Assembly: GCA_947591215.1 (NCBI GenBank)
Contig: CANQCZ010000004.1
Span: forward strand, 1,770-65,769
Source of the DNA: an uncultured Bacilli bacterium
Lineage (GTDB): Bacteria > Bacillota_I > Bacilli_A > RFN20 > CAG-449
Length of the DNA stretch: 64,000 bases
Reading direction: 5' to 3'
The first letter of the stretch is position 1. Each line of letters starts with the position of its first letter. Shown one piece after another: positions 20,363 through 30,961 of this stretch. The position numbers and the translations under genes were made by a program. The notes beneath the pieces are model-generated. The model was given only the letters and a program-made list of their open reading frames with translations, did no database searches and was not told where the DNA came from.

Positions 20363-21266
20363 CTCGCTCTTTGATATATTTATTAAAATTTTCTTCAACC
20401 ATCTTTTGCTTCGGTTTTGCCACAAATTTATCATAAAGGTGACATCCGATAATCCCTAATATTCCACCGATTAAGAAAACCCAAGCCATCACAATAGAAG
20501 CCATAATTTTTTGCTGCGTTTCAGCATTTACTACTCCCATAATAAATTGATCATTTCGCATCGGTTCCATAATTATTCGTGTTAGTCCATACCATATTAA
20601 ATATGAACAAGCCATATCACCTGGAGCTTTAATCTTCTTTAATCCATAACCGATACCGAAATAAATAACGGCAAATCCGACTAAATTCGAGATAGCTTCA
20701 ATAAGGAACAACGGGACTGCAATTTGCCCTTGAACACATCCGGAATTAGGAATATTTGACATTTGATCAAGAATAAAGGATGGTAAGAAGCTCCACTCAC
20801 TACGACTCACACATTGTCCATATACTTCCTGATTAAAGAAATTACCGATTCTTCCGATTGCTTGAGCAACTAAAACTCCAGGAATTACCCAATCAACCGC
20901 TAAAAGCACAGGGAGATTTTTTCTACGATAATAAACAAAAAGAATCCCGACTGCAGCTCCTAAAAGCACACCGCCTTGAATCGCTAAACCGCCATTCCAA
21001 ATTTCGAAAATATCGGGGAAAGGATGCGCTGCAAATTCTTTTTGCCACTCAGCGATAACATACCAAATCCTCGCTCCGACAATGCCGCTTGGAAATGCGA
21101 TATAAAAGACACTTTCAAGAATTCTAAAATTGTAACCTTTCTTTTTTAAAGAATAAGCCGCAATAAAATATGCCGTAATTGCTCCAAGCAAAATAAAAAC
21201 AGCATAATAAGTAATATGTAACGAACCGATACTAATAATATCTTTTGGTAATGCTAATGTTTTCAT
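20349..21266 (-). CDS. lgt: prolipoprotein diacylglyceryl transferase
   Basis: Polytopic membrane protein with the Lgt signature GRIGNFFNQEVYG. Confidence 0.9.
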   Translation of the reverse strand: MKTLALPKDIISIGSLHITYYAVFILLGAITAYFIAAYSLKKKGYNFRILESVFYIAFPSGIVGARIWYVIAEWQKEFAAHPFPDIFEIWNGGLAIQGGVLLGAAVGILFVYYRRKNLPVLLAVDWVIPGVLVAQAIGRIGNFFNQEVYGQCVSRSEWSFLPSFILDQMSNIPNSGCVQGQIAVPLFLIEAISNLVGFAVIYFGIGYGLKKIKAPGDMACSYLIWYGLTRIIMEPMRNDQFIMGVVNAETQQKIMASIVMAWVFLIGGILGIIGCHLYDKFVAKPKQKMVEENFNKYIKERDEEI

Positions 21267-22198
21267 TGTGATTTCTTCCTATCCATTAATTCTTTCAATC
21301 TATTTTCAAAAACATACCCTGAATCATATCCGAACTTTTTAAGTTTTAAATTAGTGATAGCCACTTCAATAATTTCCGCCATCGAACGAGCTCCGGAAAC
21401 CGGTAAGGTCAAAAGTGGAATTTTTTTACCTAAGATTTCATAGTATTGAGTTTCAATACCGAGTCGTTCCATCGGTTCTTCAGGATGAAAATGCACTAGT
21501 TTAATCGCAAATGAAATCGTTGTACGATCTAACAAGGAATTAATACCAAACATTCTCGGCACATCAATAATACCGATACCGCGCACTTCCATCATTCCAA
21601 CTAAAAGTTCCGGTGCTCTTCCGATTAATTCTCCTTTAAATAAAGAAATTTCGACGCGATCATCAGCGACAATTTGATGCCCTTTTTTTATTAATTCTAA
21701 AGTCGTCTCCGATTTACCGATTCCAGATTCACCTAAGATAATGACTCCTTCAGAAAATATTTCAACTAACGAAGCATGGATCGATGTGTTAGGTGCTAAC
21801 TTTTCACCTAAATACACAACTGATTCATATGTAAGCTCATTAGTATTACGCATCGTTCCAAATAACGGAAAATTCTTTTTCACGCAAATATCCAAAAGAT
21901 CTTTGGGACATTCATGATTTTGACATATGACAATACCCGGACATTCATCGTTAGTAATAAAATCAAAAGCTTCTAATAATTTTTTTCGATTCGTACATGA
22001 ATTGATATAAGAAATTTCTTTATTACCTAGAAAAATAATACGATTAGCACGGGGATATTTAAAATATCCCGTCAGTTCTAATCCCGGTCTAGACACTACA
22101 TGTTCCGTAACCGGTCTTAATAAGGCCTGTTGATCTCCGTTAATCCATTTTAAACCGAAATGATTGGCAAAATCTCTAATTGTCAGTTTTTCAGTCAC
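21263..22198 (-). CDS. hprK: HPr kinase/phosphorylase
   Basis: Walker A GESGIGKSE, ADDRVE, and EVRGIGIIDV. Confidence 0.9.
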   Translation of the reverse strand: MTEKLTIRDFANHFGLKWINGDQQALLRPVTEHVVSRPGLELTGYFKYPRANRIIFLGNKEISYINSCTNRKKLLEAFDFITNDECPGIVICQNHECPKDLLDICVKKNFPLFGTMRNTNELTYESVVYLGEKLAPNTSIHASLVEIFSEGVIILGESGIGKSETTLELIKKGHQIVADDRVEISLFKGELIGRAPELLVGMMEVRGIGIIDVPRMFGINSLLDRTTISFAIKLVHFHPEEPMERLGIETQYYEILGKKIPLLTLPVSGARSMAEIIEVAITNLKLKKFGYDSGYVFENRLKELMDRKKSQ

Positions 22199-22237
22199 GT
22201 CATATCACCTTTATTAAGTTTATCATTTAAAACAATT

Positions 22238-25108
22238 TTAATCAACAACGCGACGATTCATTCGTTCTTTATCACGTTTGAGAATCTTTTTTAAATATTG
22301 ACCCGTGTATGAATTTTCGCATTGTGCCACTTCTTCGGGAGTTCCTTTAGCGATTACCATTCCTCCGCGGTCTCCCCCTTCCGGTCCCATATCGATAATA
22401 TAATCGGCGCATTTGATAATATCTAAATTATGCTCGATTATTACAATGGTGTTTCCAGTTGAAACAATCGTTTGCAAGACGCTTAATAAATCTTTAATAT
22501 CATTAACATGCAATCCTGTAGTGGGTTCATCGAGAATATATAAAGTTTTTCCCGTAGAGCGTCTTTGTAATTCATAAGCCAATTTCACTCGTTGTGCTTC
22601 CCCACCTGAAAGAGTCGCGGAACTTTGACCTAATTTAATATATCCTAAGCCAACGTCATAAAGAGTTTGAATTTTTCTTGCAATTGAAGGAATATTTTTA
22701 AAAAACTCTTTTGCTTCTTCTACTGTCATTTCCAAAACATCATAAATATTTTTGCCTTTATATGTTATAGATAATGTTTCATTATTATATCGTCGTCCTT
22801 CGCACTCGTCGCAAACAACGTAAACGTCCGGCAAAAAATTCATTGCGATTCTTCTTACCCCATCGCCATAACATTTTTCACACCGTCCGCCAGGTACATT
22901 AAAAGAAAAACGTCCCTTTGAATATCCACGTGCCTTAGCATCTTTGGTTTGCGCAAACAATTCTCGTATATCATCAAAAACTCCAATATATGTAGCCGGA
23001 TTGCTTCGTGGCGTTTTCCCTATTGGATCTTGCGACACGTTGATTACTTTGTCGATATAATTTAAACCGACAATATCGTCGCATTCTCCAGCTTCAATTT
23101 TAGTCTGCGATAATTGTTGTGCGATTTTTTTATATAACGTTTCCGTGATTAAAGAACTTTTTCCCGATCCTGAAACACCCGTAACTACAACCATGCACCC
23201 CAAAGGTATATCGACTGAAATATTCTTCAAGTTATTGCATCGAGCTCCGCGGATTTTAATAAAATTACCATTGCCCTTGGAACGATATCGCGGATAAGGG
23301 ATAAATTTTTCCCCTTTTAAATATTGTCCCGTTAAAGATTCGGGAGTATTTTTAACTTCTTCCGGAGTACCGCGAGCCATAATTTTACCACCATGTACTC
23401 CGGCACCAGGACCAATATCCACCAAATAATCGGCAGCTAACATCGTATCTTCATCGTGTTCGACAACAATTAAAGTATTACCTAAATCTCTCATGGCTTT
23501 CATCGTTTGAATCAAGCGGTCGTTATCTCTTTGGTGAAGACCGATCGATGGTTCATCTAATACATATAGTACACCGGTTAAACGTGAACCAATTTGAGTC
23601 GCAAGACGAATTCTTTGTGCTTCTCCTCCGGACAAAGTCATTGCCATTCTTGCTAAAGTCAAATAATCAAGTCCGACATCGATCAAAAACGAGCACCGCG
23701 AATTAATCTCTTTTAATACCATTGAAGCAATCTCAAGATTTTCACGATCTAATGATTTTTCGACTTGTAAAACAAATTCTTTGAGCTTTATAAGTGGTAA
23801 ACAGCAGACTTCATAAATATTTAAACCATTTATTCTTACTGAAAGAACTGCATCATTCAATCTTGCCCCATGACATGTAGGACACTCGTGATCTCTCATA
23901 AATCCGGCATAGTATTCTCTAGAAGTTTCAGAATTGGTTGTATCGAAAAGACGTTGAATTCGATGTTTGATACCTTCGAAACCATTACGATAAATCGTAT
24001 TGCCCGAACTGCTTTTTATTTTTACCGAATATTCTTTTTCAGAAACACCATTCATTAAGATATCTTTTTGCTTAGGTGTCAATTTTCTATAAGGTACATC
24101 AAGTGGGATGTGATAATAATCGGCAACACAACGTAACTCTTCCATATCAATAGTCGATTTACCTTCCATTGATTGATATTTAAAATATTTTATAGCGCCT
24201 TGGTTAATTGAAAAATTGTCATTTGGAACCAGAAGCTCTTCGCTAACTTCTTGTTTGATTCCTAATCCTTTACAATCTGGGCAACATCCTAAAGGTGCAT
24301 TGAATGAAAAGAGACGCGGCTCTAGTTCCGGAACCGAAAAGCCACAATATTTGCATGAACGATGTTCACTGAATAACGTTTCTTTTCCGTCACAAGAGAT
24401 TAAAACGTATCCGTCTGCGGCATTCAAAGCATTTTCGATTGAATCAAAAACACGTGAATAACTATCTTCTTTCAGTTTCAATCGATCAACCACGATATCA
24501 ATAAAGTGTTTTTTATTTTTTTCTAAAGGTTCCACTTCACTGATTCGCATTGTTTCACCTTGATCAATTCTTACTCTTTCATAACCTAATGAAGAGAATT
24601 TTTTTAAAGTGTCAACATGAGTTCCTTTTTCATTTCTAACAATTGGAGCCATGATAACAATTCTTGAGTCAAGTGGATTTTTCATCACAAAATCCGTCAT
24701 CTGCTTGGTGGTTATTTTTACGATTGGTTCATTATGCGTGGGACAATAAGCCACACCGATTCGGGCAAAAAGAAGCCTTAAATAATCGTAAATTTCCGTA
24801 ACAGTTCCAACAGTCGAACGAGGATTATGAGAAGTGGTTTTCTGATCGATAGCAATCGCTGGAGATAGTCCCTCGATTGTATCGACATCCGGTTTTTCAA
24901 CACCACCCAAAAATTGTCGCACATAGCTTGAAAGGGATTCAACGTAACGTCTTTGTCCCTCATTAAAAATAGTGTCGAAAGCCAATGTTGATTTACCTGA
25001 TCCAGAAACCCCTGTAAATACAATTAATTTTTCTTTCGGTAACTCTAAATCAATGTTTTTTAAGTTATTTTCTCGAGCTCCTTTGATTACGATTTTTTTG
25101 TTATCCAT
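22238..25108 (-). CDS. uvrA: excinuclease ABC subunit A
   Basis: 956 aa. Two ABC modules (GVSGSGKSTLA and GVSGSGKSSL, two LSGGEAQR signatures) and Cys4 zinc modules. Confidence 0.97.
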   Translation of the reverse strand: MDNKKIVIKGARENNLKNIDLELPKEKLIVFTGVSGSGKSTLAFDTIFNEGQRRYVESLSSYVRQFLGGVEKPDVDTIEGLSPAIAIDQKTTSHNPRSTVGTVTEIYDYLRLLFARIGVAYCPTHNEPIVKITTKQMTDFVMKNPLDSRIVIMAPIVRNEKGTHVDTLKKFSSLGYERVRIDQGETMRISEVEPLEKNKKHFIDIVVDRLKLKEDSYSRVFDSIENALNAADGYVLISCDGKETLFSEHRSCKYCGFSVPELEPRLFSFNAPLGCCPDCKGLGIKQEVSEELLVPNDNFSINQGAIKYFKYQSMEGKSTIDMEELRCVADYYHIPLDVPYRKLTPKQKDILMNGVSEKEYSVKIKSSSGNTIYRNGFEGIKHRIQRLFDTTNSETSREYYAGFMRDHECPTCHGARLNDAVLSVRINGLNIYEVCCLPLIKLKEFVLQVEKSLDRENLEIASMVLKEINSRCSFLIDVGLDYLTLARMAMTLSGGEAQRIRLATQIGSRLTGVLYVLDEPSIGLHQRDNDRLIQTMKAMRDLGNTLIVVEHDEDTMLAADYLVDIGPGAGVHGGKIMARGTPEEVKNTPESLTGQYLKGEKFIPYPRYRSKGNGNFIKIRGARCNNLKNISVDIPLGCMVVVTGVSGSGKSSLITETLYKKIAQQLSQTKIEAGECDDIVGLNYIDKVINVSQDPIGKTPRSNPATYIGVFDDIRELFAQTKDAKARGYSKGRFSFNVPGGRCEKCYGDGVRRIAMNFLPDVYVVCDECEGRRYNNETLSITYKGKNIYDVLEMTVEEAKEFFKNIPSIARKIQTLYDVGLGYIKLGQSSATLSGGEAQRVKLAYELQRRSTGKTLYILDEPTTGLHVNDIKDLLSVLQTIVSTGNTIVIIEHNLDIIKCADYIIDMGPEGGDRGGMVIAKGTPEEVAQCENSYTGQYLKKILKRDKERMNRRVVD

Positions 25109-25318
25109 GGTTGCATCACCTCAAAATTTTATTATACAACAAAAGCGGCTAAATCTCGACATTTTTTTCACAATTCTATAAATGGCTTTCAACTAACTTA
25201 TTCACTTACTTTTTTATTATTCGTTTAGAAATAAATATTAATTCATTTTTTTAAAGAATTAAAAATACATAAAATTAAGTCCTCCCTAATTTAAAGCATT
25301 CAAAGCAAGCAGAAATTA

Positions 25319-25347
25319 TTGAAATAAAATCAATTTTAAGTTACTAT
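25319..25347 (+). promoter_or_regulatory. sigma-A-type promoter of the tRNA gene
   Basis: TTGAAA-17 nt-TACTAT. The -10 element ends 10 nt before the first tRNA nucleotide. Confidence 0.5.
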
Positions 25348-25357
25348 ATGATTACTT

Positions 25358-25434
25358 CGGGACGTAGCACAGCTTGGTAGTGCACTACCTTGGGGTGGTA
25401 GGGGTCGTGCGTTCAAATCGCATCGTTCCGACCA
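25358..25434 (+). tRNA. tRNA-Pro, anticodon read as GGG, CCA encoded
   Basis: Hand-folded cloverleaf: acceptor CGGGACG/CGTTCCG, D stem GCAC/GTGC, anticodon stem CTACC/GGTAG with loop TTGGGGT, T arm GTGCG-TTCAAAT-CGCAT, discriminator A plus CCA. Confidence 0.9.
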
Positions 25435-25444
25435 TTTGAAATTT

Positions 25445-25476
25445 AAGATATCAAGTTTTCACTTGATATCTTTTTT
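25445..25476 (+). terminator. rho-independent terminator after the tRNA
   Basis: Perfect 12-bp stem AAGATATCAAGT-tttc-ACTTGATATCTT running into a T6 tract. Confidence 0.8.
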
Positions 25477-25484
25477 AAAGATAG

Positions 25485-26324
25485 GTGATTATATTGAACT
25501 TTAAAAAAATTGATTTGGAAGACATTGATATATTAAATAAATATCTCTCCCAACAAGAGTTTCGCTCTTCTTTATTTACTCTTGGTGTCCTTTATTATTA
25601 TGAGGATTATTTTTCGCCAGAATACACAATAATTGATGATACTTTACTAATTCGTTGCAAAGATCAAAATGGTGAAAGCAACTACCTTTATCCACTTGGC
25701 AAAAATTCTAAAGAATTGGCATTGTCTTTAAATAAAATCACATACGTTCCCGAAAGTGTTAAAGAAGAATTAAAAGAAAATTATAAAAGCGAGTTGATTC
25801 CTGATTGGTTTGATTATGTATATAAATATGAAGATTTAGTCAATCTTTCAGGCAAAAAATATCAAAAAATCCGCAATCACATTAATCGATTTTTAAATAC
25901 TTATCACGATTATCATTATGAAACAATTTCAAAAAACAATTTTAAAGATGTTTTAAAAATCATTTACGCTGTAAATCCAATTACCGAAGGCGGGAAACAA
26001 GAATTAAATCGCGTAAAAAGATGGATTGATTCTTATTTTTTATTTCCCTTTATAGGTGGAATTTTATATGTCAAAAACGAACCCGTCGCCTTTTCGTTTG
26101 GCGAAGTTATCAAAGATACCTTGCACGTCCAAATCGAAAAAACCATCAAGACATTTGATGGCGCCGGAGATATGCAAAGAAATTTATTCTTAAAATTATT
26201 TAAAGATCAAAATATTGTTTTTGTGAATCGGCAAGAAGATCTTGGAGATCCCGGATTAAGATTTCAAAAACGTTCGTTAAATCCTTGCGCACTACTAAAT
26301 AAATACGATTTAAAAAAGTTTTAA
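25485..26324 (+). CDS. DUF2156 / lysyl-phosphatidylglycerol-synthase-C-like acyltransferase-fold protein
   Basis: The N-terminal pattern (KKIDLEDIDILNKYL...SLFTLGVLYYYEDYF), GKKYQKIRNHINRF and a length of about 280 aa match this family as I remember it. The start is GTG 25485 or TTG 25494. Confidence 0.65.
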   Translation: MIILNFKKIDLEDIDILNKYLSQQEFRSSLFTLGVLYYYEDYFSPEYTIIDDTLLIRCKDQNGESNYLYPLGKNSKELALSLNKITYVPESVKEELKENYKSELIPDWFDYVYKYEDLVNLSGKKYQKIRNHINRFLNTYHDYHYETISKNNFKDVLKIIYAVNPITEGGKQELNRVKRWIDSYFLFPFIGGILYVKNEPVAFSFGEVIKDTLHVQIEKTIKTFDGAGDMQRNLFLKLFKDQNIVFVNRQEDLGDPGLRFQKRSLNPCALLNKYDLKKF

Positions 26325-26333
26325 ATCTCTAAT

Positions 26334-26362
26334 AAAAAACGATCCGAAACGGACCGTTTTTT
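26334..26362. terminator. bidirectional terminator between convergent genes
   Basis: A6-CGATCCG-aaa-CGGACCG-T6, with one mismatch in the stem. Confidence 0.6.
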
Positions 26363-26364
26363 AT

Positions 26365-27078
26365 TTACATTTTTGCGTTATGATAGACTTCCTGAACGTC
26401 TTCTAATTCATCTAACATCGCAAGTAATTCTTCAAACTTTTCCTTATCTTCACCCTCTAGTGTCACAGTGTCCAAGGGAAGCATTGTAATTTCACAAGTC
26501 GAGAATTCTTGAATCCCGATTCCCATCAAACATTTTTTAGCTTGCATTAAGGCTGTTTTTTCAACCGTCACGACGATTAAGTCGTCATCAAGTTTTACTT
26601 CATCTAAATCGATATCCGCCAAAATCAAAGCTTCTTCAACTTCATCAAGGTTAGAACCGACAAATTCAATTAGCCCAACTTCTTTAAAATTAAAGGAAAC
26701 CGAACCTTGAGAACCTAAATGTCCTCCTTTTTTATTAAACACATTTCTAATTGAGTCAAAAGCTCTTCTGACATTAGAAGTAAGCGAATCGACAATGATT
26801 GAAACATTACCCGGACCATATCCTTCATAACGACCGCTGATATAGTTCTCTTCTTCGCCACCGGCAGCTTTTTTAATCGCTCTTTCTATTACATCTTTTG
26901 TGACATTTTGTCCTTTGTATTTATCGATGACACTACGAAGAGCCAAATTGCTATTAGGATCAGGTACTCCTGATTTTGCCGCCATATAGATTTCTTTAGA
27001 AGCTCTCATAAAAAGCGCGGAACGTGCTGCCGCAGTTTGAGCCATTGATTTTGCACGAACTTCATGTGCTCTACCCAT
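26365..27078 (-). CDS. YebC/PmpR-family DNA-binding transcriptional regulator
   Basis: 237 aa with family-typical regions (NLALRSVIDKYKGQNVTKDVIERAIKKA; YEGYGPGNVSIIV). Confidence 0.9.
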   Translation of the reverse strand: MGRAHEVRAKSMAQTAAARSALFMRASKEIYMAAKSGVPDPNSNLALRSVIDKYKGQNVTKDVIERAIKKAAGGEEENYISGRYEGYGPGNVSIIVDSLTSNVRRAFDSIRNVFNKKGGHLGSQGSVSFNFKEVGLIEFVGSNLDEVEEALILADIDLDEVKLDDDLIVVTVEKTALMQAKKCLMGIGIQEFSTCEITMLPLDTVTLEGEDKEKFEELLAMLDELEDVQEVYHNAKM

Positions 27079-27131
27079 ATTTTTAACACCTCTGTTTCGT
27101 TTAATAGTATACTATAACTCAAAAATTTTTA

Positions 27132-28586
27132 CTACATGAGCGAAGCAAAAATTCTAAATAATCGCTCTTGAAATCTTTCCCATAAATTACGATTATTGTA
27201 ATCCTCGATAGTATATTCATTGGAATTATTGATATCTTCTTTAAAAATATTCACTTGCTGTTTAGCAAAATCTCGATCATAAATAATCGCATTGACTTCA
27301 AAGTTTAAAGCAAAACTTCTTATATCCATATTTGCTGTACCAATAGAAGCAACTTTCTCATCATAAACGAGACTTTTAGAATGAATAAATCCTTTGTATT
27401 TATAAACTTTTACTCCGCAATCGATAAGATCTTTTAAATATGAGCATGTAACTCTGTAAGGAATTTTATAGTCATATACACCAGGTACCATCAAATATAC
27501 TTGGACACCTGATAATTGTGCCAAAATTAATGCATTGATAATTGAATCATCCGGGATAAAGTAAGGTGTCTGGATATAAATACTTTCGTTAGCACTTGAA
27601 ATCATTTTCTCATAACAGTACTTGATGCCTTCATCTTCACTATCAGGACCTGAAGAAATAATTTGAATCGGACAAACTTTATTTACTTTAGTTATTTGAA
27701 AATACTCTTCTTTATTTTGATATTCTTGAACATCATTTTTATTTCGAGTAGTGCAATAATAAAAATCTTGCAAAAACCTCTTTTGTAAAAAAATAACCGA
27801 TTCCCCGATGATTCTTAAATGCGTATCACGCCATGGTTTAATGCGCTTATGCATGGAACGATATTCATCGCCGATGTTCATTCCGCCAACATAACCGATC
27901 TTGCCATCAATCACATAGATCTTTCGATGATTACGATAATTGAAATTTAAATTGAATCCCCTTATTTTGCTAGGGAAAAAGCGATATATTTCAGCGCCCG
28001 CTGCTTTTAATTTTTTGAAAAAATAATTCGGTGTTTTAATATTGCCGCTATCATCGTAAAGTAACTTTACTTTAACACCTTCTTTAGCTTTCTCAATTAA
28101 AATATCGCGAATCTCCGTTCCGATAAGATCAGGTCTATAAATATAAGATTCAATATGAATGGTTGATTTGGCATTTCTTAAATCTTCTTTTAAAGCATTA
28201 TACATTTCTTCTGCAGAAATAAATACTTTCGTATCATTATGTATGGTACATGGATTTTCGCTTATTCTAGTATTAAGTTTGATAATTTTTTCTAAAGAAG
28301 CATCTTCAATTCCATCATTATCCTCAAATTTCATTTTTGTTATTTTATCTTCGATCATCTTATCTGTTAATTTCTTCTTAGAACTCCATTTTTTCTTAGA
28401 AAAACGCGGGCCTTTTCCCCAAATAATATAAAAAAACCACGCAAAATAGGGAAAAGCAATGGTTCCAAGAATCCACAAAACCATTGAGCGCTGATTTTTT
28501 CTTTCAAGAAAAATAACTGAAATTATCGTCAGAAAATCAAAAACCAAAGAAACGATAAAGGCAATCTCAATTGGTGATAATGACAT
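27132..28586 (-). CDS. cls: cardiolipin synthase
   Basis: Two N-terminal TM segments and two HKD motifs (NHRKIYVIDGKIGYVGGMNIGDEY and IHSKSLVYDEKVASIGTANMDIRS). Confidence 0.9.
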   Translation of the reverse strand: MSLSPIEIAFIVSLVFDFLTIISVIFLERKNQRSMVLWILGTIAFPYFAWFFYIIWGKGPRFSKKKWSSKKKLTDKMIEDKITKMKFEDNDGIEDASLEKIIKLNTRISENPCTIHNDTKVFISAEEMYNALKEDLRNAKSTIHIESYIYRPDLIGTEIRDILIEKAKEGVKVKLLYDDSGNIKTPNYFFKKLKAAGAEIYRFFPSKIRGFNLNFNYRNHRKIYVIDGKIGYVGGMNIGDEYRSMHKRIKPWRDTHLRIIGESVIFLQKRFLQDFYYCTTRNKNDVQEYQNKEEYFQITKVNKVCPIQIISSGPDSEDEGIKYCYEKMISSANESIYIQTPYFIPDDSIINALILAQLSGVQVYLMVPGVYDYKIPYRVTCSYLKDLIDCGVKVYKYKGFIHSKSLVYDEKVASIGTANMDIRSFALNFEVNAIIYDRDFAKQQVNIFKEDINNSNEYTIEDYNNRNLWERFQERLFRIFASLM

Positions 28587-29384
28587 TTAAATTTCCACCT
28601 CATCAATTACATTTAAATCCCATTCTTTTATAAGGCGATATCCCGCATCATTTTTATCTGTCGAAATATCTCTAGGCGAATGGGCATCCAACCCTAAAAC
28701 TACTTTCACTTTATACTTTTTGGCGATATCCCAAAATCTTTTATATGGATAAGCATATCGATATTCTTCACCGATTTGTCTCTTGCCGCGCCGTAAAGCA
28801 CCAAAATTGAATTCTAATGGCATATTCATCTTTCGAGCGGTTTTACATATATTTTTAGCCACTTTTTCACAAGCACTATCCCATTTTAAATAACTTCCCA
28901 TAAAATAATCAGGGTGAGCGACATATTTAAATAAACCGGTTTTCATTCCTTTTACACAATAACGTCCATAATCGATGACGTCTTGTTTACTTGTAATATG
29001 AGAAAAAAAGAATTTTACTTGATTGTTTTCATTGAGGTAGCAATGATTTCCTAAAATCAAATATTCGACTTTTTTGGAATCTAAAAGTTCTCGATAATGC
29101 GGATAATATTTTTCAAATGCTTCTGCTTCATAACCGATTCTGATTTTAATTCGATTTGCATATTTCTTTTTTAAAGAATTTAAAGAATTTAAATATCCTT
29201 CTTCTAATTCATAATCTCCTCTTATCGATTTTTGAGAGAAGTTCGGAAGCATAATATGATCGGAGAACCCGAGTTCTACAATGCCTTGAGCAATTGCTTC
29301 AACAACATAATCTTCATCGCTTCCTTCAGCGTGTCCGCAACGATAAGTATGAGTATGATAATTGTGTCTCAGCATTGAAATCAC
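28587..29384 (-). CDS. PHP-domain histidinol-phosphatase-family (HisJ-like) hydrolase
   Basis: HTHTYRCGHA, FSDH, AHPDY and LDAH metal-ligand motifs. Confidence 0.8.
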   Translation of the reverse strand: MISMLRHNYHTHTYRCGHAEGSDEDYVVEAIAQGIVELGFSDHIMLPNFSQKSIRGDYELEEGYLNSLNSLKKKYANRIKIRIGYEAEAFEKYYPHYRELLDSKKVEYLILGNHCYLNENNQVKFFFSHITSKQDVIDYGRYCVKGMKTGLFKYVAHPDYFMGSYLKWDSACEKVAKNICKTARKMNMPLEFNFGALRRGKRQIGEEYRYAYPYKRFWDIAKKYKVKVVLGLDAHSPRDISTDKNDAGYRLIKEWDLNVIDEVEI

Positions 29385-29390
29385 TCCTTT

Positions 29391-30119
29391 CTAATAAATA
29401 ATATCATATAAATATAATCCCTGAGGAGGGGCTTTAAATGAAATTCGTTTTAAATAAGATGGTTCTAATAATTTTGGAATCTGATTTAAATCAAAACGAT
29501 TCAATCCTATTTCAATGAGCGTTCCTATTATCATTCTAACCATGTAGCGTCTAAAACCATTACCGATTAAGTCAAAATAAATCAATTCCTTTTCATTTTT
29601 AATCGAAAAATCATAAATAGTTCTTATAAAATCTTCATCATTTGTGCAAAAATTATGAAAACTATGTTCTCCGATAAAATAATTTGCTGCCTTTTGCATC
29701 TTTTCTAGATCTAAAGGTTGATTAACTTGATAAGTATACTTCCGCATAAATGGGTCATTCTTTTTTAAACTGACAATATAGCGATAATGTTTCTTTTTTA
29801 CTGAAAAGCGTGCATGAAAAGTCTCGTCGACAAATTCAAAATCGATTACTCTTATATCATCATTTAAAAGGCAGTTACAACTGTAAGCAAGTCGATCTAA
29901 AGTGACATTTAATTTAGAAACATCGAAATGCGCTATTTGTTTAATTGCATGTACCCCTCGATCAGTCCTTCCGGAAGCGACAACTTTTATCGGCTCATTC
30001 AAGATTTTTGAAAGTGTTTTTTCTATTTCATCTTGAATGCTTCTTTCAAATTCATGAGCTTGAATTTGATATCCGTAAAAGTCACTGCCATCATAACAAA
30101 ACGTCATCTTAATTCTCAT
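29391..30119 (-). CDS. truA: tRNA pseudouridine(38-40) synthase
   Basis: Catalytic motif SGRTDRGVHA. Conserved position after ecfT. Confidence 0.9.
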   Translation of the reverse strand: MRIKMTFCYDGSDFYGYQIQAHEFERSIQDEIEKTLSKILNEPIKVVASGRTDRGVHAIKQIAHFDVSKLNVTLDRLAYSCNCLLNDDIRVIDFEFVDETFHARFSVKKKHYRYIVSLKKNDPFMRKYTYQVNQPLDLEKMQKAANYFIGEHSFHNFCTNDEDFIRTIYDFSIKNEKELIYFDLIGNGFRRYMVRMIIGTLIEIGLNRFDLNQIPKLLEPSYLKRISFKAPPQGLYLYDIIY

Positions 30120-30961
30120 AGCACGAATCCCATCATTAAAAAGAAATCAAAAGAAGTAACTAATAACGTTATCATCCCACCGAAAAGCAACACTATAAAT
30201 ACCAAAGAAAGTGCATCTTTCATTTGCCATTGCATTTTCCGATACCGCGTTCTCTGCCCTGAAGGATCATAGCCTCTAGCTTCCATGGCATTTGCCAGTT
30301 CTTCACTTCTTTGAATCGCCGAAATAAATAAAGGAATAATCAAAGAGACGATTGCCCGGATTTTATCCTTAAGTTTTCCTTGTTCAAAATCAACTCCACG
30401 CGAAGACTGTGCTTTCATGATTCTTTCAGTTTCTTCTAAAAGCGTAGGAATAAATCGTAAAGCCAAAGAAATTATCATTGAAATCTCATGCACCGGCACT
30501 TTGATATATTTTAACGGATGCAATAACCACTCTAAAGCGTAGGTTAAATCCAATGGCTTTGTAGACGTCGTTAGAATCATCGTTAATGCAATCATCATCA
30601 CTAATCTAATTACAATATACAAAGTGTTATAAATCGCATTATGGTAAAGTTTAAATCCGAATATATCAAAATAAGGACCGGTCGAAGGCATAAGAACATT
30701 GATTATCAACAAGAATAAAATCATTACCCACATCGCTTTTAAAGATTTAAAGAGCGTCTTTAACTTAATATGAGATATTCTCATCAAAACGTAAATAAAA
30801 ATTAATAAGAGCGCATAGATAAAAAAGTTCATGGCCGTACTACTGAATTTAAAGAAAATCATTATCATCAGAGCGATTAAAGATAGTAATTTGGTACGAG
30901 GATCAAGACGGTGCAAAAACGAATCATATGGCACATAACGACCTAAAGCGATATTTTTCAT
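30116..30961 (-). CDS. ecfT: ECF transporter transmembrane (T) component
   Basis: Polytopic protein with ARG-type coupling helices (MEARGY). Follows ecfA1 and ecfA2. Confidence 0.9.
   Translation of the reverse strand: MKNIALGRYVPYDSFLHRLDPRTKLLSLIALMIMIFFKFSSTAMNFFIYALLLIFIYVLMRISHIKLKTLFKSLKAMWVMILFLLIINVLMPSTGPYFDIFGFKLYHNAIYNTLYIVIRLVMMIALTMILTTSTKPLDLTYALEWLLHPLKYIKVPVHEISMIISLALRFIPTLLEETERIMKAQSSRGVDFEQGKLKDKIRAIVSLIIPLFISAIQRSEELANAMEARGYDPSGQRTRYRKMQWQMKDALSLVFIVLLFGGMITLLVTSFDFFLMMGFVL

Noticed and set aside
25109-25318. An SOS (Cheo/LexA) box upstream of uvrA.
   Set aside because: No CGAAC-N4-GTTCG-like element is visible. Only a TATAAT preceded by TG could be seen, with a poor -35 element, so I made no promoter or operator call.
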